The translations under genes and the position numbers were made by a program. A model generated the notes under the pieces. It saw only the letters and a program-made list of their open reading frames with translations. It made no database searches and was not told the origin of the DNA. From Shigella phage CM8, in sequence record MK962750: DNA of 64,000 bases; one strand, written 5' to 3'. Positions 8,576-18,537 of this stretch are shown here, in pieces (position 1 is the first letter of the stretch; each line of letters begins with the position of its first letter).

Positions 8576-10389
8576 TGGTGTTTAACCCTATGCATGATTT
8601 CTTTATTTTTACCGAGATTAAATCCGCGTTCGTTCGGATTTCCCAAATAACCACATGTTCTTCTTATTGTGTTCATCTTTTTAGGATCAGTTTCTCCACA
8701 AATAGAACAAACAAATCCGTTTTCAGTAGGAGTCATTTCATGGGTACTTCCACATGTAAAACATTTATCTACTGGCATATTAACACCAAAATAATCTAAA
8801 TGTTGTGCAGCATAATCCCATACGGCCTCAAGACCCTTTAAGTTATTTTTCATATCAGGAAGTTCAACATAAGAAATGTGACCACCTGTCGCAATGAAAT
8901 GATATGGCGCTTCACGAGAAATCTTTTCAAACGGAGTAATATTTTCTTCTACTGAAACGTGGAAACTGTTAGTGTACCAGCCTTTATCGGTAACATCTTT
9001 TACACTTCCATATTTTTCTGTATCAAGTTTACAGAAGCGATAACAAAGGTTTTCAGCAGGAGTCGAATATAAACTAAAAGCAAATCCAGTTCTTTCAGTC
9101 CACTGTTTAAGATGAGCATTCATTTTAGTTAAAATTTCTTGTCCAATATCACGACCGACAAGAATATTCAATTCGTGAATACCAATGTATCCTAGGGACA
9201 CTGAACTTCTACCGTTTTTAAATAACTCAATTATGTCGTCATCAGGTTTAAGACGAACCCCGAATGCACCTTCTTGGTAAAGAATAGGAGCAACAGTAGC
9301 TTTAACTCCTTTTAAGGAACTAATTCTACACATCAATGCTTCAAAACATAAATCCATTCGTTCATTGAACAATTCAACAAATTTCTGTTCATTGAATTGT
9401 GTTCCAATATAAGAATCTAACGCGATGCGAGGAAGATTCAATGTTACAACACCAAGATTATTACGTCCATCAAGAATTTCATTGCCAGTCGAATCTTTCC
9501 ATACGCTCAAGAAACTACGGCATCCCATCGGAGAAACAGGAACAGATGAACCAGTGATAGCTTTATTGTTCTTAGCCGAAATGATGTCAGGATACATTCT
9601 TTTGCTTGCGCACTCTAAAGCAAGCTGCTTAATATCATAGTTCGGGTCGTCTTTATAAAGATTAACACCTTCTTCAACGAACATAACAAGCTTAGGGAAA
9701 ATAGGAGTTATCCCATCACGACCAAGACCTTTAATACGATTTTTCAGAATTGCTTTCTGAATCATTCGTTCAGTCCAGTCAGTTCCCGTACCAAATGTAA
9801 TTGTTACAAAAGGCGTTTGTCCGTTTGAACTAAAGAGAGTATTTACTTCATATTCATAAGCTTGGAATGCATCGTATACGTCTTTTTCTGTTTTAGATTG
9901 AGCATAATTTAACGCATCAGCGATTTGCCATTTTTCTGCATCCTCAATATGTTTTGCATAGGTGCGTTTAACATAAGGAGAAAGTACTTTATCTACATTA
10001 GCAAAAGTCGTTCCGCCGTATTGATGGGAAGCAACCTGTGCAGTAATTTGTGCCATAATTGCAGTAGCAACACCGATTGATTTAGGAGTTTCAATCTGTG
10101 CATTACCAAGCTTAAATCCATTCTCAAGCATTCCTTTTAAATCTACTAAACAACAATTAGTAAATGGAAGAGCAGGGGAATAATCAATATCGTGGAAATG
10201 AATAATTCCGCTTTCATGCGCTTTCATAATAAAAGACGGGACCATATTTTTGGCAATGTGTTTAGACACAATACCAGCCATAAGGTCCCGTTGAGTTGGA
10301 AAAACACGAGAATCTTTATTAGCATTCTCGTTTAAAAGGTCTTTATTAGTTTTATGAATCAATCCTTCAATTTCTTTTTCAATTGTCAT
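8572..10389 (-). CDS. nrdD: Anaerobic ribonucleoside-triphosphate reductase (glycyl-radical enzyme), uninterrupted
   Basis: 605-aa continuous ORF; C-terminal glycyl-radical motif RRTCGYLG and zinc-ribbon cysteines. Confidence 0.92.
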   Translation of the reverse strand: MTIEKEIEGLIHKTNKDLLNENANKDSRVFPTQRDLMAGIVSKHIAKNMVPSFIMKAHESGIIHFHDIDYSPALPFTNCCLVDLKGMLENGFKLGNAQIETPKSIGVATAIMAQITAQVASHQYGGTTFANVDKVLSPYVKRTYAKHIEDAEKWQIADALNYAQSKTEKDVYDAFQAYEYEVNTLFSSNGQTPFVTITFGTGTDWTERMIQKAILKNRIKGLGRDGITPIFPKLVMFVEEGVNLYKDDPNYDIKQLALECASKRMYPDIISAKNNKAITGSSVPVSPMGCRSFLSVWKDSTGNEILDGRNNLGVVTLNLPRIALDSYIGTQFNEQKFVELFNERMDLCFEALMCRISSLKGVKATVAPILYQEGAFGVRLKPDDDIIELFKNGRSSVSLGYIGIHELNILVGRDIGQEILTKMNAHLKQWTERTGFAFSLYSTPAENLCYRFCKLDTEKYGSVKDVTDKGWYTNSFHVSVEENITPFEKISREAPYHFIATGGHISYVELPDMKNNLKGLEAVWDYAAQHLDYFGVNMPVDKCFTCGSTHEMTPTENGFVCSICGETDPKKMNTIRRTCGYLGNPNERGFNLGKNKEIMHRVKHQ

Positions 10390-10859
10390 TTTAAACTCTT
10401 TCTAAGCTGCTTCTTAAATGAAGCTATTAATTGTGTTTTGGTGTCAGATTCATTATATTCAAATCCTCTTTGAAGCATCTCGGCCATCATTTCCTCTTTT
10501 CCTAAACGAGAAAATTCCTTTGTTTTATCTCCAACAAAGTTAGGGTGAATATTATTTTGGGTGTAATCGGATTTTAAATAAGTAAGTAAATTTTCTAACC
10601 ATTCAAGATAATCAACACCTTGTCCCTTTAAGCCAGAACGATTAAATTTGTGCTTCATTTGACCTTCTGCGGCATTACAGAGATTACAAAGCAATCCACG
10701 TACCTTTCCTGCTTTTGGTCCATTTAATTCATGGTCATGATCAAGATGATTAGCTTGAACATCAGGATTTAGTTCTCGTTGGCAAATTAAGCATTTACCG
10801 TTTTGTGCATCATAAAATTTCTGTTTTTCTTCTTTATATAATTTGCCAGTCAATAACAT
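10386..10859 (-). CDS. 49: Endonuclease VII (Holliday junction resolvase)
   Basis: 157-aa ORF MLLTGKLYKEEKQKFYDAQNGKCLICQRELNPD..., matching recalled T4 gp49 in length and sequence. Confidence 0.9.
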   Translation of the reverse strand: MLLTGKLYKEEKQKFYDAQNGKCLICQRELNPDVQANHLDHDHELNGPKAGKVRGLLCNLCNAAEGQMKHKFNRSGLKGQGVDYLEWLENLLTYLKSDYTQNNIHPNFVGDKTKEFSRLGKEEMMAEMLQRGFEYNESDTKTQLIASFKKQLRKSLK

Positions 10860-10900
10860 AATAAACCCTTACCTTAAATAGATAAGGGTATTTATTATTT

Positions 10901-11386
10901 TCAAGTATTGTAAAACATTTGATGCAATCGCTTATATTGCCGAATCTTTTGGTCAGAAAAAGAAATTTGGGTTTCAAGCCATTCAATATATTCTGCCGCA
11001 GCTTGCATCAAATTTCCTTCATAGCCATCGTTATTTTCTTGTGCAGCTAATTTAGCTAATGCGTATGAAATACGTTCACCCTGAAAATCGGCTTTAGGCT
11101 TCTGAACAACTTGATTAGTTCGCTCTACAACTTCTTCAATTTCGCCATTTTCGACTGATTCAGTATTCCACAAACACCAATACGTAATTGGCTTATCGTA
11201 GATGTTAATAATCTTTCCATCAGAAAGTTCAATTTCAATAATTCCAGTATCAGGTTCTATATCATCTTCACATTCTTTTGCAAGTTCACGAACCTTAAAG
11301 ACAGTACCTGCACTAAGTTCCGGCCAGTAATTACACAGCCCTGTATCAGCACGATTAATTCTAAACCACTTATCTACTGTAATCAT
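10901..11386 (-). CDS. pin: Pin-like protein (putative host Lon protease inhibitor), assigned by position and length
   Basis: ATG at 11384-11386 gives 161 aa directly downstream of gene 49, as recalled for T4 pin; no motif check possible. Confidence 0.45.
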   Translation of the reverse strand: MITVDKWFRINRADTGLCNYWPELSAGTVFKVRELAKECEDDIEPDTGIIEIELSDGKIINIYDKPITYWCLWNTESVENGEIEEVVERTNQVVQKPKADFQGERISYALAKLAAQENNDGYEGNLMQAAAEYIEWLETQISFSDQKIRQYKRLHQMFYNT

Positions 11387-11509
11387 GTCCCATCTCCATA
11401 TCAATTAAGTCATTTATCGTTGGTTCATTATATACTGTTTCTTCATCAGTGTAAACCGGTTCTTCCGGCTCTGGCTCTACAGTTTCCCATCTAGCCGCCC
11501 ACCAAGGTT

Positions 11510-11830
11510 TTATAGCGTAATCCATTCTCGTACTGTCTGAGTTACTACACGTTCATGGGGCTCGACTAGTTCAACAGTCGGAACTGCATAATACCAGTCA
11601 GAATGATAAGAACCTGACCGAGATTCATTTACCGCTACATGTACATTATGTTTTGGACTAAAGTAAACAAACTGACGATATTGGCATTTACCATCTTGCA
11701 CCCAGTCTTCTATTTCGATAGGTTTAAGATAGTCGGAAAAATCGAAATCATAGTTTTCCGAAAATGCATCATGGTCTTCAATGATTTCGCTCAGAACTGC
11801 ATCAACATCTAATTTATTTTCAATAGTCAT
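11510..11830 (-). CDS. Hypothetical protein
   Basis: 106-aa acidic ORF. Confidence 0.4.
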   Translation of the reverse strand: MTIENKLDVDAVLSEIIEDHDAFSENYDFDFSDYLKPIEIEDWVQDGKCQYRQFVYFSPKHNVHVAVNESRSGSYHSDWYYAVPTVELVEPHERVVTQTVREWITL

Positions 11831-11840
11831 TTTTCACCAA

Positions 11841-12050
11841 TTAATTTCGCAATTTATTAAGTTCTTCATAATCAATCCAGGATTCTAATCCTGATGGCAA
11901 ATCACATTCAATTTCCCAAAGAAGTTCTTCAATTTTATGAAGACGATCTAGTTCTTCAGCAGGAATAGTAACCATTGACGGAGCTCTTGCTACATTAATA
12001 TCGTAAATCATATTTACACCAGTTTGACCATACAATCGCCGTATTTCCAC
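11841..12050 (-). CDS. Hypothetical small protein
   Basis: 69-aa ORF. Confidence 0.35.
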   Translation of the reverse strand: MEIRRLYGQTGVNMIYDINVARAPSMVTIPAEELDRLHKIEELLWEIECDLPSGLESWIDYEELNKLRN

Positions 12051-12229
12051 TTAGAAATAGACTTTTCACCATTAGAATAATAAACTTCAAGTTTAGCACG
12101 ATTATTTTTAATTTGAATAACCTTTGCTGTCATCAAAGTTCCATACCCATAATAAACTGCAACTTCATCACCTACATATACAGCGCTTCCGCGGTAATCG
12201 TGAATATAGTCAGTTCCTTCGAGCATCAT
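12014..12229 (-). CDS. Hypothetical small protein
   Basis: 71-aa ORF whose end overlaps the start region of nrdC. Confidence 0.35.
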   Translation of the reverse strand: MMLEGTDYIHDYRGSAVYVGDEVAVYYGYGTLMTAKVIQIKNNRAKLEVYYSNGEKSISKWKYGDCMVKLV

Positions 12230-12489
12230 TTAAAATATTCTCGCAGTTGGTCAAATCCACCAATATGACTTCCATCAGGAGCAAATACCTGAGGCATTGT
12301 CAAGCCGATTTGAGTATCACGACCTAGTTTAGTCAGAAGCTCAGCGATTTTCTCATCATCAAAAACACCTTTTTCCGGCATAATGTTGATAAATTCAAAC
12401 GGCTGTTTCTTCACGGTCAAAAGACGTTTTGCATTATCGCAATACACACATTTATGAATGTTGCTATCATAACCATATACTTTAAACAT
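12226..12489 (-). CDS. nrdC: Phage thioredoxin/glutaredoxin
   Basis: 87-aa ORF MFKVYGYDSNIHKCVYCDNAKRLL... with CVYC active site; matches recalled T4 NrdC. Confidence 0.9.
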   Translation of the reverse strand: MFKVYGYDSNIHKCVYCDNAKRLLTVKKQPFEFINIMPEKGVFDDEKIAELLTKLGRDTQIGLTMPQVFAPDGSHIGGFDQLREYFK

Positions 12490-12490
12490 A

Positions 12491-12733
12491 TTATTCCTTA
12501 ATTCCTAGTACTTGTTTAAAAGTCTCGTCGTAATCAAGACTTTGGCCCGTTTGTTCTTTATGTTTGTATATAATATCACTTACTTCTGATAGCATATTTT
12601 TATATGAACGAGTTAAAGCAGATTTAAGCACGCTGTATCTATCAGGAAATTTACCATGTTCATTATAATAAGCTATTGCTAATTCATGGACTGCCTTTTC
12701 AGCAGCCTCCATATATTCTTTACGCTTGGTCAT
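12491..12733 (-). CDS. Hypothetical protein
   Basis: 80-aa ORF with ATG start. Confidence 0.45.
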   Translation of the reverse strand: MTKRKEYMEAAEKAVHELAIAYYNEHGKFPDRYSVLKSALTRSYKNMLSEVSDIIYKHKEQTGQSLDYDETFKQVLGIKE

Positions 12734-12735
12734 TT

Positions 12736-13125
12736 TTAATCCAAAATATTATTAGGCATTGGTTGAACACTCACAAGTTCTTTAAAGAACTCAGTAGAGT
12801 CAGGCAATTTAACCATTTCCGGAGCATGCTTACTGAATTTATGTTTACATTGACGGCATTTATATTCAAGCTCTGGTTTACGCCAGTTAATCAATTGAAC
12901 TTGTTCAGTACCGCATTCAGGGCAATTAGGAACGTTTTTAGAAGCTCTTTCACGTCGTTCAACCATAGCCATAATAGCATCCCATGCTGGAGGTTTAAAA
13001 TCTAAATCGTCGCAGCCGTGAATCTTTCCACGCATTTCCATATCATCTTCCTCACCAGCCATAATAATTTTAATTAGACTAGAATTACTTGAAGCTGCAA
13101 TATCTTCTAATAAACGCTTTTTCAT
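12736..13125 (-). CDS. Hypothetical zinc-ribbon protein
   Basis: 129 aa; paired cysteines CPECG...CRQC. Confidence 0.45.
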   Translation of the reverse strand: MKKRLLEDIAASSNSSLIKIIMAGEEDDMEMRGKIHGCDDLDFKPPAWDAIMAMVERRERASKNVPNCPECGTEQVQLINWRKPELEYKCRQCKHKFSKHAPEMVKLPDSTEFFKELVSVQPMPNNILD

Positions 13126-14048
13126 TTCAGTACCTCAATAGCATCACGTAAACCATTTGCTTTGGCGGTTAAAGCCTTAAGAACTTTAGTATGCTCTTCA
13201 ATTTGTTTTTCAACTTCAATCAAACGAGCATTGAGATATTCGCGTTCTTCTTTCATAGTATCATTTCCATGATTAGATTTTGGTGTAGGTTTAAATTCAC
13301 TAGGGTCCTTTAATTTAATAACAAATTTAGTTTCAAACAGTGAAAGACCATAATTCGTATTATCATCAAAGGATTTGACTACATCCATATCAGATAATAA
13401 CACGCGCAAATTATAAGCCAAAGAACTAATAGTTTCATTGTGTTTATTAGCTTCGCGTGGTTTCATATACGGAAGATTTTTATATATCTCATGCGGAGCG
13501 CAAACGATAATTGACAATTCAAATTGTCCATTCTGGGACGATGGAATGAATTTAGCCGTAACCCAGTCTTTTACATTCACATTAATAGTACGGTTATCAC
13601 CATGACAAAACAGTCTACGAGAATGCTTAAAAAGCATATTCACGTTATTATTGAATTCGTGTGAAAATTCACTAGCAAATTTTTCTTTACTATCTTTAGA
13701 AAACCATTCTTCTAAATAAGTTCTTTTCACATCGTTAATAATATTAAATGTAACAACACTAGCATTTGATACATTAGTCTCAATGTAGCTTGGATACATA
13801 AATTTTTTAACATTATTAACAGCTATCACAGAAGATAGTAATCGGGAACGTTTGAACCACTCGAGCAAAGAACCAAGAGAATGTGAATACGCATTTTGTG
13901 TATCTTTACAAATATGGTTTTCCCATCCAATATAGTCTAAAAAATCACGAAGAATATTATTGATTACTGCTCTGTGTCCTATCTGATAATCACGATGTTT
14001 AGTAATAAGACTGTCAAAATAATCAATATAATGTTTACGAGTTTTCAT
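13122..14048 (-). CDS. Hypothetical protein with C-terminal coiled coil (first of four tandem genes)
   Basis: 308 aa; ATG start; C-terminal ~40 aa heptad-like ([42 protein letters not shown]). Confidence 0.5.
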   Translation of the reverse strand: MKTRKHYIDYFDSLITKHRDYQIGHRAVINNILRDFLDYIGWENHICKDTQNAYSHSLGSLLEWFKRSRLLSSVIAVNNVKKFMYPSYIETNVSNASVVTFNIINDVKRTYLEEWFSKDSKEKFASEFSHEFNNNVNMLFKHSRRLFCHGDNRTINVNVKDWVTAKFIPSSQNGQFELSIIVCAPHEIYKNLPYMKPREANKHNETISSLAYNLRVLLSDMDVVKSFDDNTNYGLSLFETKFVIKLKDPSEFKPTPKSNHGNDTMKEEREYLNARLIEVEKQIEEHTKVLKALTAKANGLRDAIEVLK

Positions 14049-14102
14049 GTTCTTCTCACTTGGTTAATGATTTATACTCCGAGCCATCCTTGGCTTTAAA
14101 TT

Positions 14103-15101
14103 TTACTTAATTAACTGTAAAGCTTGTTCAAGACGATCCAAGCGATTGACAGATTCTTCCCAAATCCTTTTAGCCTGCTCATATTCTTTCTGCGCTTTAT
14201 TAGAAATTTCTAGAACTTCTTTATAAGCTTTTTCTAATGCAATAACTTCTGGACGAATTTCTACCGGTTCAGGTGAATCATCAAGACATTCCATTAGTTC
14301 CTCAAGGGTAGTTTCTTCTTTAGGAGTATTCACAATTTCATCACATTTTTGTTGGTAAATTTCTTTACTAGTAGGTGAATAAGTACATTTCACTTCACGA
14401 AGACTAACTACAATTTTATATCCTTCCCAACCGCATATATTCTTAAAAGGATATGTATGAATATTTTCTACTGTTTCCATACAGCCCAAAACCGCCTTTA
14501 ATTGATAAGTTATAGTGCTAGCAATTGAGAAAAATTTATTAATATTCTTTTGGTTAGCGTTTGGTGTAAAAAATCCATAATTCACAAAAATAGCTACTTT
14601 ATTTTCATCAAGCTCATATTCTTTTACGATAATCATATCAGAAGCCAAAGGATGAATTTGACGATAATCGCCATAACATAATTTAGAAGCTGATTTTAGA
14701 ATTTGTCCTTTGAAAAGTCTGAAATTACTAATCCAACGACGAGTAAAAATATTCTCAGGGGCTTCTTTATTAAGATGATAAGAATTAACATCACCGAACC
14801 AATTATATCCTACTACATCTTTAGTTCGTTTAATTTCTTTCCCAAATTTACTAAGAATATCTCTGTTGACTAAGTATGAAAGAAGACGAGACCCTTTAAA
14901 GGTTTTCTTAATGTCATCTTTATCTACACGGCTAGAAATTTCACGAACTTCATGAATAAATTTGCCGGAAGAAACAATACTTGCATCAGTATTATTGAGC
15001 CATTGATTGATAATAGAAATCACACTATTCTTACTAGACATAGGTTTAACTTTATCATCAATAACGCTATTGAATGATTTGATATATTCGTTACGAGTCA
15101 T
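14103..15101 (-). CDS. Hypothetical protein with C-terminal coiled coil (second of four)
   Basis: Start reset to ATG at 15099-15101 after GAGGAG; 332 aa; C-terminal helix QKEYEQAKRIWEESVNRLDRLEQALQLIK. Confidence 0.5.
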   Translation of the reverse strand: MTRNEYIKSFNSVIDDKVKPMSSKNSVISIINQWLNNTDASIVSSGKFIHEVREISSRVDKDDIKKTFKGSRLLSYLVNRDILSKFGKEIKRTKDVVGYNWFGDVNSYHLNKEAPENIFTRRWISNFRLFKGQILKSASKLCYGDYRQIHPLASDMIIVKEYELDENKVAIFVNYGFFTPNANQKNINKFFSIASTITYQLKAVLGCMETVENIHTYPFKNICGWEGYKIVVSLREVKCTYSPTSKEIYQQKCDEIVNTPKEETTLEELMECLDDSPEPVEIRPEVIALEKAYKEVLEISNKAQKEYEQAKRIWEESVNRLDRLEQALQLIK

Positions 15102-15158
15102 AATAATCTCCTCAGTAGAAAGTAAGAACATTATACCACATCCTTGTGGCAAAGTAAA

Positions 15159-16178
15159 CTAGTTCAGTGCATTTAGTGCATTGTTCAGTTTAGAACGTTG
15201 CTTCGTGAGATTTTTGACTTTTTCTTGAGCTTTTTCTAGCATCTTTTCAGCTTCTAGCACTTCATTGGTCGCTTTAACGAGTTCATCATCTACTGCCTTG
15301 ATAGACTTCTCAATCGCATCCGCGTGCCATTTTTCAACAGGTTTAAGACTCGGATTTTCAATAGGAAGAAAATTCACTTTATTGAATTTCCATGCATCTT
15401 TATTACCTGAACTATACATCCAAAATTTAGGATCGTTTGATGAGTAATTAGATGAATTTAAGTTATCTTGCACTTCTTGCTTTTTCTCTTGCGGGACTTC
15501 GTCCTTTCTCAAAAAATCGTATTTAAATGAAACGATCATATCAAGTTCATATGTTGTTGTATGTTCCCAATTTCGCTCAAAACGAGGTAAAATCTTAGAA
15601 TGAACAGCGGCAACAACATCCATATACTTAAATGCTTCTGTCAACTGCGATTTAAGGCATTCGCAAATTGAAAGAGAATTTTTTGTATTAGGTTTAAAGC
15701 TAATTCGTGCAGTTCTATTATTTTCTTTTAATGGTCTTACTTCCATCTGAAGAGTATAACCATCAAATTTCAGGTTCTTTAAGTTAATATCAGAACCTTT
15801 TAATCGACTAGCCGTCGACAAAATTTGCTTTAATTGTTTACGGAATAGAGCAATAAATCTCCATTCAATACGATAATGATTTGGATTGAAAAATCCAGAT
15901 GATAAATCGACCTTACTCTGACCAACACCTTGAACAAACAGAGGATTTTTATAATCAATAGTTTTACAGAAATCGGTGAGCTGCTCACGAGCAGTCATTT
16001 GTGTAATATATCCCGCTTTACTAAAATGACGTAACCATTCACTGCTATTCATATACTTAAAGTGAATGGAACTATTAACTCTATCAGGGTCTAAATTATT
16101 TTGGCACAAAAATGTCATAACATCACGAGTATAGCTGGCATTACGAACCATATCTTCAATTTGAGAACGAGTTTTCAT
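15159..16178 (-). CDS. Hypothetical protein with C-terminal coiled coil (third of four)
   Basis: 339 aa; C-terminal helix VLEAEKMLEKAQEKVKNLTKQRSKLNNALNALN. Confidence 0.5.
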   Translation of the reverse strand: MKTRSQIEDMVRNASYTRDVMTFLCQNNLDPDRVNSSIHFKYMNSSEWLRHFSKAGYITQMTAREQLTDFCKTIDYKNPLFVQGVGQSKVDLSSGFFNPNHYRIEWRFIALFRKQLKQILSTASRLKGSDINLKNLKFDGYTLQMEVRPLKENNRTARISFKPNTKNSLSICECLKSQLTEAFKYMDVVAAVHSKILPRFERNWEHTTTYELDMIVSFKYDFLRKDEVPQEKKQEVQDNLNSSNYSSNDPKFWMYSSGNKDAWKFNKVNFLPIENPSLKPVEKWHADAIEKSIKAVDDELVKATNEVLEAEKMLEKAQEKVKNLTKQRSKLNNALNALN

Positions 16179-16186
16179 AGTGTTCC

Positions 16187-17074
16187 TTAAGATTTAAGTA
16201 AATCAACAATTTTAATTAATTTTTCACGCTCAGATTTAGCTTTACTACTCAATCCAGATAGTCTGAAAATTTCATCGTCATATTGTTGAATAGAAATATT
16301 CAGCTCTTCAATTTGCTTATTAAAATAATCAATTTGTTCAGAATGTTTTTCGTTACTACGAACTGGTACAGGTTTTGTAGGCAATTTAGTTGAACTGGAT
16401 TCATCCGGGCGATAAATTAAAATACAACTTGAACCAATAGGGCATTTAGCACCAGATGAATATTCTAACGTTCCAGCTTCTTTTAAAACTTCAAAAGCTA
16501 AACAGAGATGATGCCCCATATTAACATAATCTGTAGAGCGAGCTCTGATATAATAATCATCGCCGCGAATACTAAATTTAAAGCATTTAAGGTCTTCTGT
16601 ATTATTGGTCTTAAAAATCATTTGTTTATCTAGACCTTTAGCTAATCGAGCGCCTAATGCTAATAATCGTCGTTGATTTTCCCACAAATCCGCAATCATT
16701 TGATCGAATGATAATTTCGGCATTAGTCGACCATAAAGGTCATATCCTTTATTATAATTGCGAAGGATTTCACTCGCATTAATACGAGACAACGCTCCAA
16801 TTTTATTAAGGGCTTTCATAATGCGATTAGATAAACCCATTCCAGACCCGTTTGTTCGTTGTAAATGTTTATCTAATCCAAACCCAATATCAACTTTAAA
16901 TTTATCTAAAATTTCAGCATGAACATCTCTGTCAATAACATTCAAATCCAAAGTTGGGTTAAATCTATGAAAAAATTTATCTGGCTCTCCACGACGAAGT
17001 ACAGTCCATTCATTTAATTTTTTATTAACTAAAGATTTAATTACTGCATTGACATTATTAATTACTACTGACAT
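16187..17074 (-). CDS. Hypothetical protein with C-terminal coiled coil (fourth of four)
   Basis: Start reset to ATG at 17072-17074 (MSVVINNV...); C-terminal helix QIEELNISIQQYDDEIFRLSGLSSKAKSEREKLIKIVDLLKS. Confidence 0.5.
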   Translation of the reverse strand: MSVVINNVNAVIKSLVNKKLNEWTVLRRGEPDKFFHRFNPTLDLNVIDRDVHAEILDKFKVDIGFGLDKHLQRTNGSGMGLSNRIMKALNKIGALSRINASEILRNYNKGYDLYGRLMPKLSFDQMIADLWENQRRLLALGARLAKGLDKQMIFKTNNTEDLKCFKFSIRGDDYYIRARSTDYVNMGHHLCLAFEVLKEAGTLEYSSGAKCPIGSSCILIYRPDESSSTKLPTKPVPVRSNEKHSEQIDYFNKQIEELNISIQQYDDEIFRLSGLSSKAKSEREKLIKIVDLLKS

Positions 17075-17085
17075 ATTTTTCTCAC

Positions 17086-17490
17086 TCAATTTTCAATTTT
17101 ACTAAATACACAGAATATGATGGAAAAGACTATATAAGCACAACACACAGATTGAACTAATACCATTCCAAAGAACCAAACAATATTATCAAACAATGTC
17201 TGTTTTACGTCGAAAGGACGTAAACTTACAGTAATATTATCGCCTTTTTCTATTGATGAATACATCTCTGGTGAAATATATTCGCTAAATCTATAACCGT
17301 CATTGAGTTCATATACGGCAATAAACGATAAACTAGACCCCTTTCCTTGAGTTCCTGTAAGGGTATTAACTACAGTAACATCATAATCTTTATAATGCAT
17401 ATAATCATTAATTGCGTAATAACCATATGCAACTACTACACATAAACAACATATCAATAAATTCAATCTTTTAATTATCAACTGTTTCAT
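17086..17490 (-). CDS. Hypothetical membrane protein
   Basis: 134 aa with hydrophobic segments at both ends. Confidence 0.45.
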   Translation of the reverse strand: MKQLIIKRLNLLICCLCVVVAYGYYAINDYMHYKDYDVTVVNTLTGTQGKGSSLSFIAVYELNDGYRFSEYISPEMYSSIEKGDNITVSLRPFDVKQTLFDNIVWFFGMVLVQSVCCAYIVFSIIFCVFSKIEN

Positions 17491-17545
17491 AATAATCTCA
17501 ATTAAAAGGGCTTAGAACCATTATACCATCCTTGGTATAAAGCGG

Positions 17546-18073
17546 TTATGCGAGTACCGTCTTTAACCGTTCTTCAAACTTCCGAAGAGTATTCTGGCGT
17601 TCAGCTCTTTGCTTTTTGTAAGTTTCAATACGCTCTGAAATGAGAGTGTATCGTTCATTTACTGATTCTTTCATAAAATCAGGAATTTCACGAGAAGCTT
17701 TAATCTCATCAAATTTATCAATAACAGCTTGCTCTTCAGCAATTAAGTTATCATACATCAAAATATCTTTCTTGATGAACTCAATATCTTCTTGAGTTAC
17801 ACGAGATAACTTAGATGCTTTATCCTTTTTGTACTGTTCGTTAGTATCACGAGACCAGTGTAATGTACGATTTTTATTCGTATTCTTGTAAATTTCTACA
17901 ATACCAATCTCATCAATAATAACGATCCAATTCCAACGAGATTTGTAAATTTGTCCTCCGTCAACCGTGATTTCACCTCCGATTGAGATGTCATTAAAGA
18001 ACTTGCTTTGTGCTTCTGATTTAAATTTACCATCGTTGTAATTTACCAGGTTGAAAATATCTTTAGCGTTCAT
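17546..18073 (-). CDS. Hypothetical protein
   Basis: ORF-track N-terminus (MFTRPFLCGTIQLSTTEE) is translated promoter; true ATG at 18071-18073 after GGAGGA gives MNAKDIF... Confidence 0.5.
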   Translation of the reverse strand: MNAKDIFNLVNYNDGKFKSEAQSKFFNDISIGGEITVDGGQIYKSRWNWIVIIDEIGIVEIYKNTNKNRTLHWSRDTNEQYKKDKASKLSRVTQEDIEFIKKDILMYDNLIAEEQAVIDKFDEIKASREIPDFMKESVNERYTLISERIETYKKQRAERQNTLRKFEERLKTVLA

Positions 18074-18094
18074 TTTGTGTTCCTCCGTAGTTGA

Positions 18095-18135
18095 TAGTTG
18101 TATAGTACCACAGAGGAACGGTCTTGTAAACAACT
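18095..18135 (-). promoter_or_regulatory. Early-promoter-like module: GTTTAC (-35-like), ~18-nt spacer, TACTAT (-10-like), then GGAGGA
   Basis: Minus strand reads gttGTTTACaagaccgttcctctgtggTACTATAcaactatcaactacGGAGGA upstream of the 18073 start; same module recurs across the early region. Confidence 0.55.
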
Positions 18136-18448
18136 AAAAGAAACTTCTTTCACAATTTTTTCCACTGAACCACGCACTCACTGCTTTCTTAGTCTCAGGA
18201 GCAGTGTTATCCATAAACCATTCAAAGGCAGCCTTTTTATGATTCTGGAGGTCTTCTCGGGCTTTAATCTGCTCACGGTCTATTAACACTAACATATGAG
18301 CCTTTCTTGTCACCATGGGCTTCTTATGATTTTTTGAATACTCCCAGTCATTTGTCCATCGCATTGTCGTTGCGAATTGAAATACAGCTTCTTTAATTTT
18401 AGTTTCGTAAATTTCACGAGCCTTTGAGTATAACATCATTACCTCCAT
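18134..18448 (-). CDS. Hypothetical protein
   Basis: 104-aa ORF. Confidence 0.4.
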   Translation of the reverse strand: MEVMMLYSKAREIYETKIKEAVFQFATTMRWTNDWEYSKNHKKPMVTRKAHMLVLIDREQIKAREDLQNHKKAAFEWFMDNTAPETKKAVSAWFSGKNCERSFF

Positions 18449-18537
18449 TTACCAGTTTAATTCTAGTCATCTTTTTGATGGCAGTCCATATAATCTATTT
18501 CTGAACTGCCTTTTTATCTTAGAAGGCCTCTTATGAA

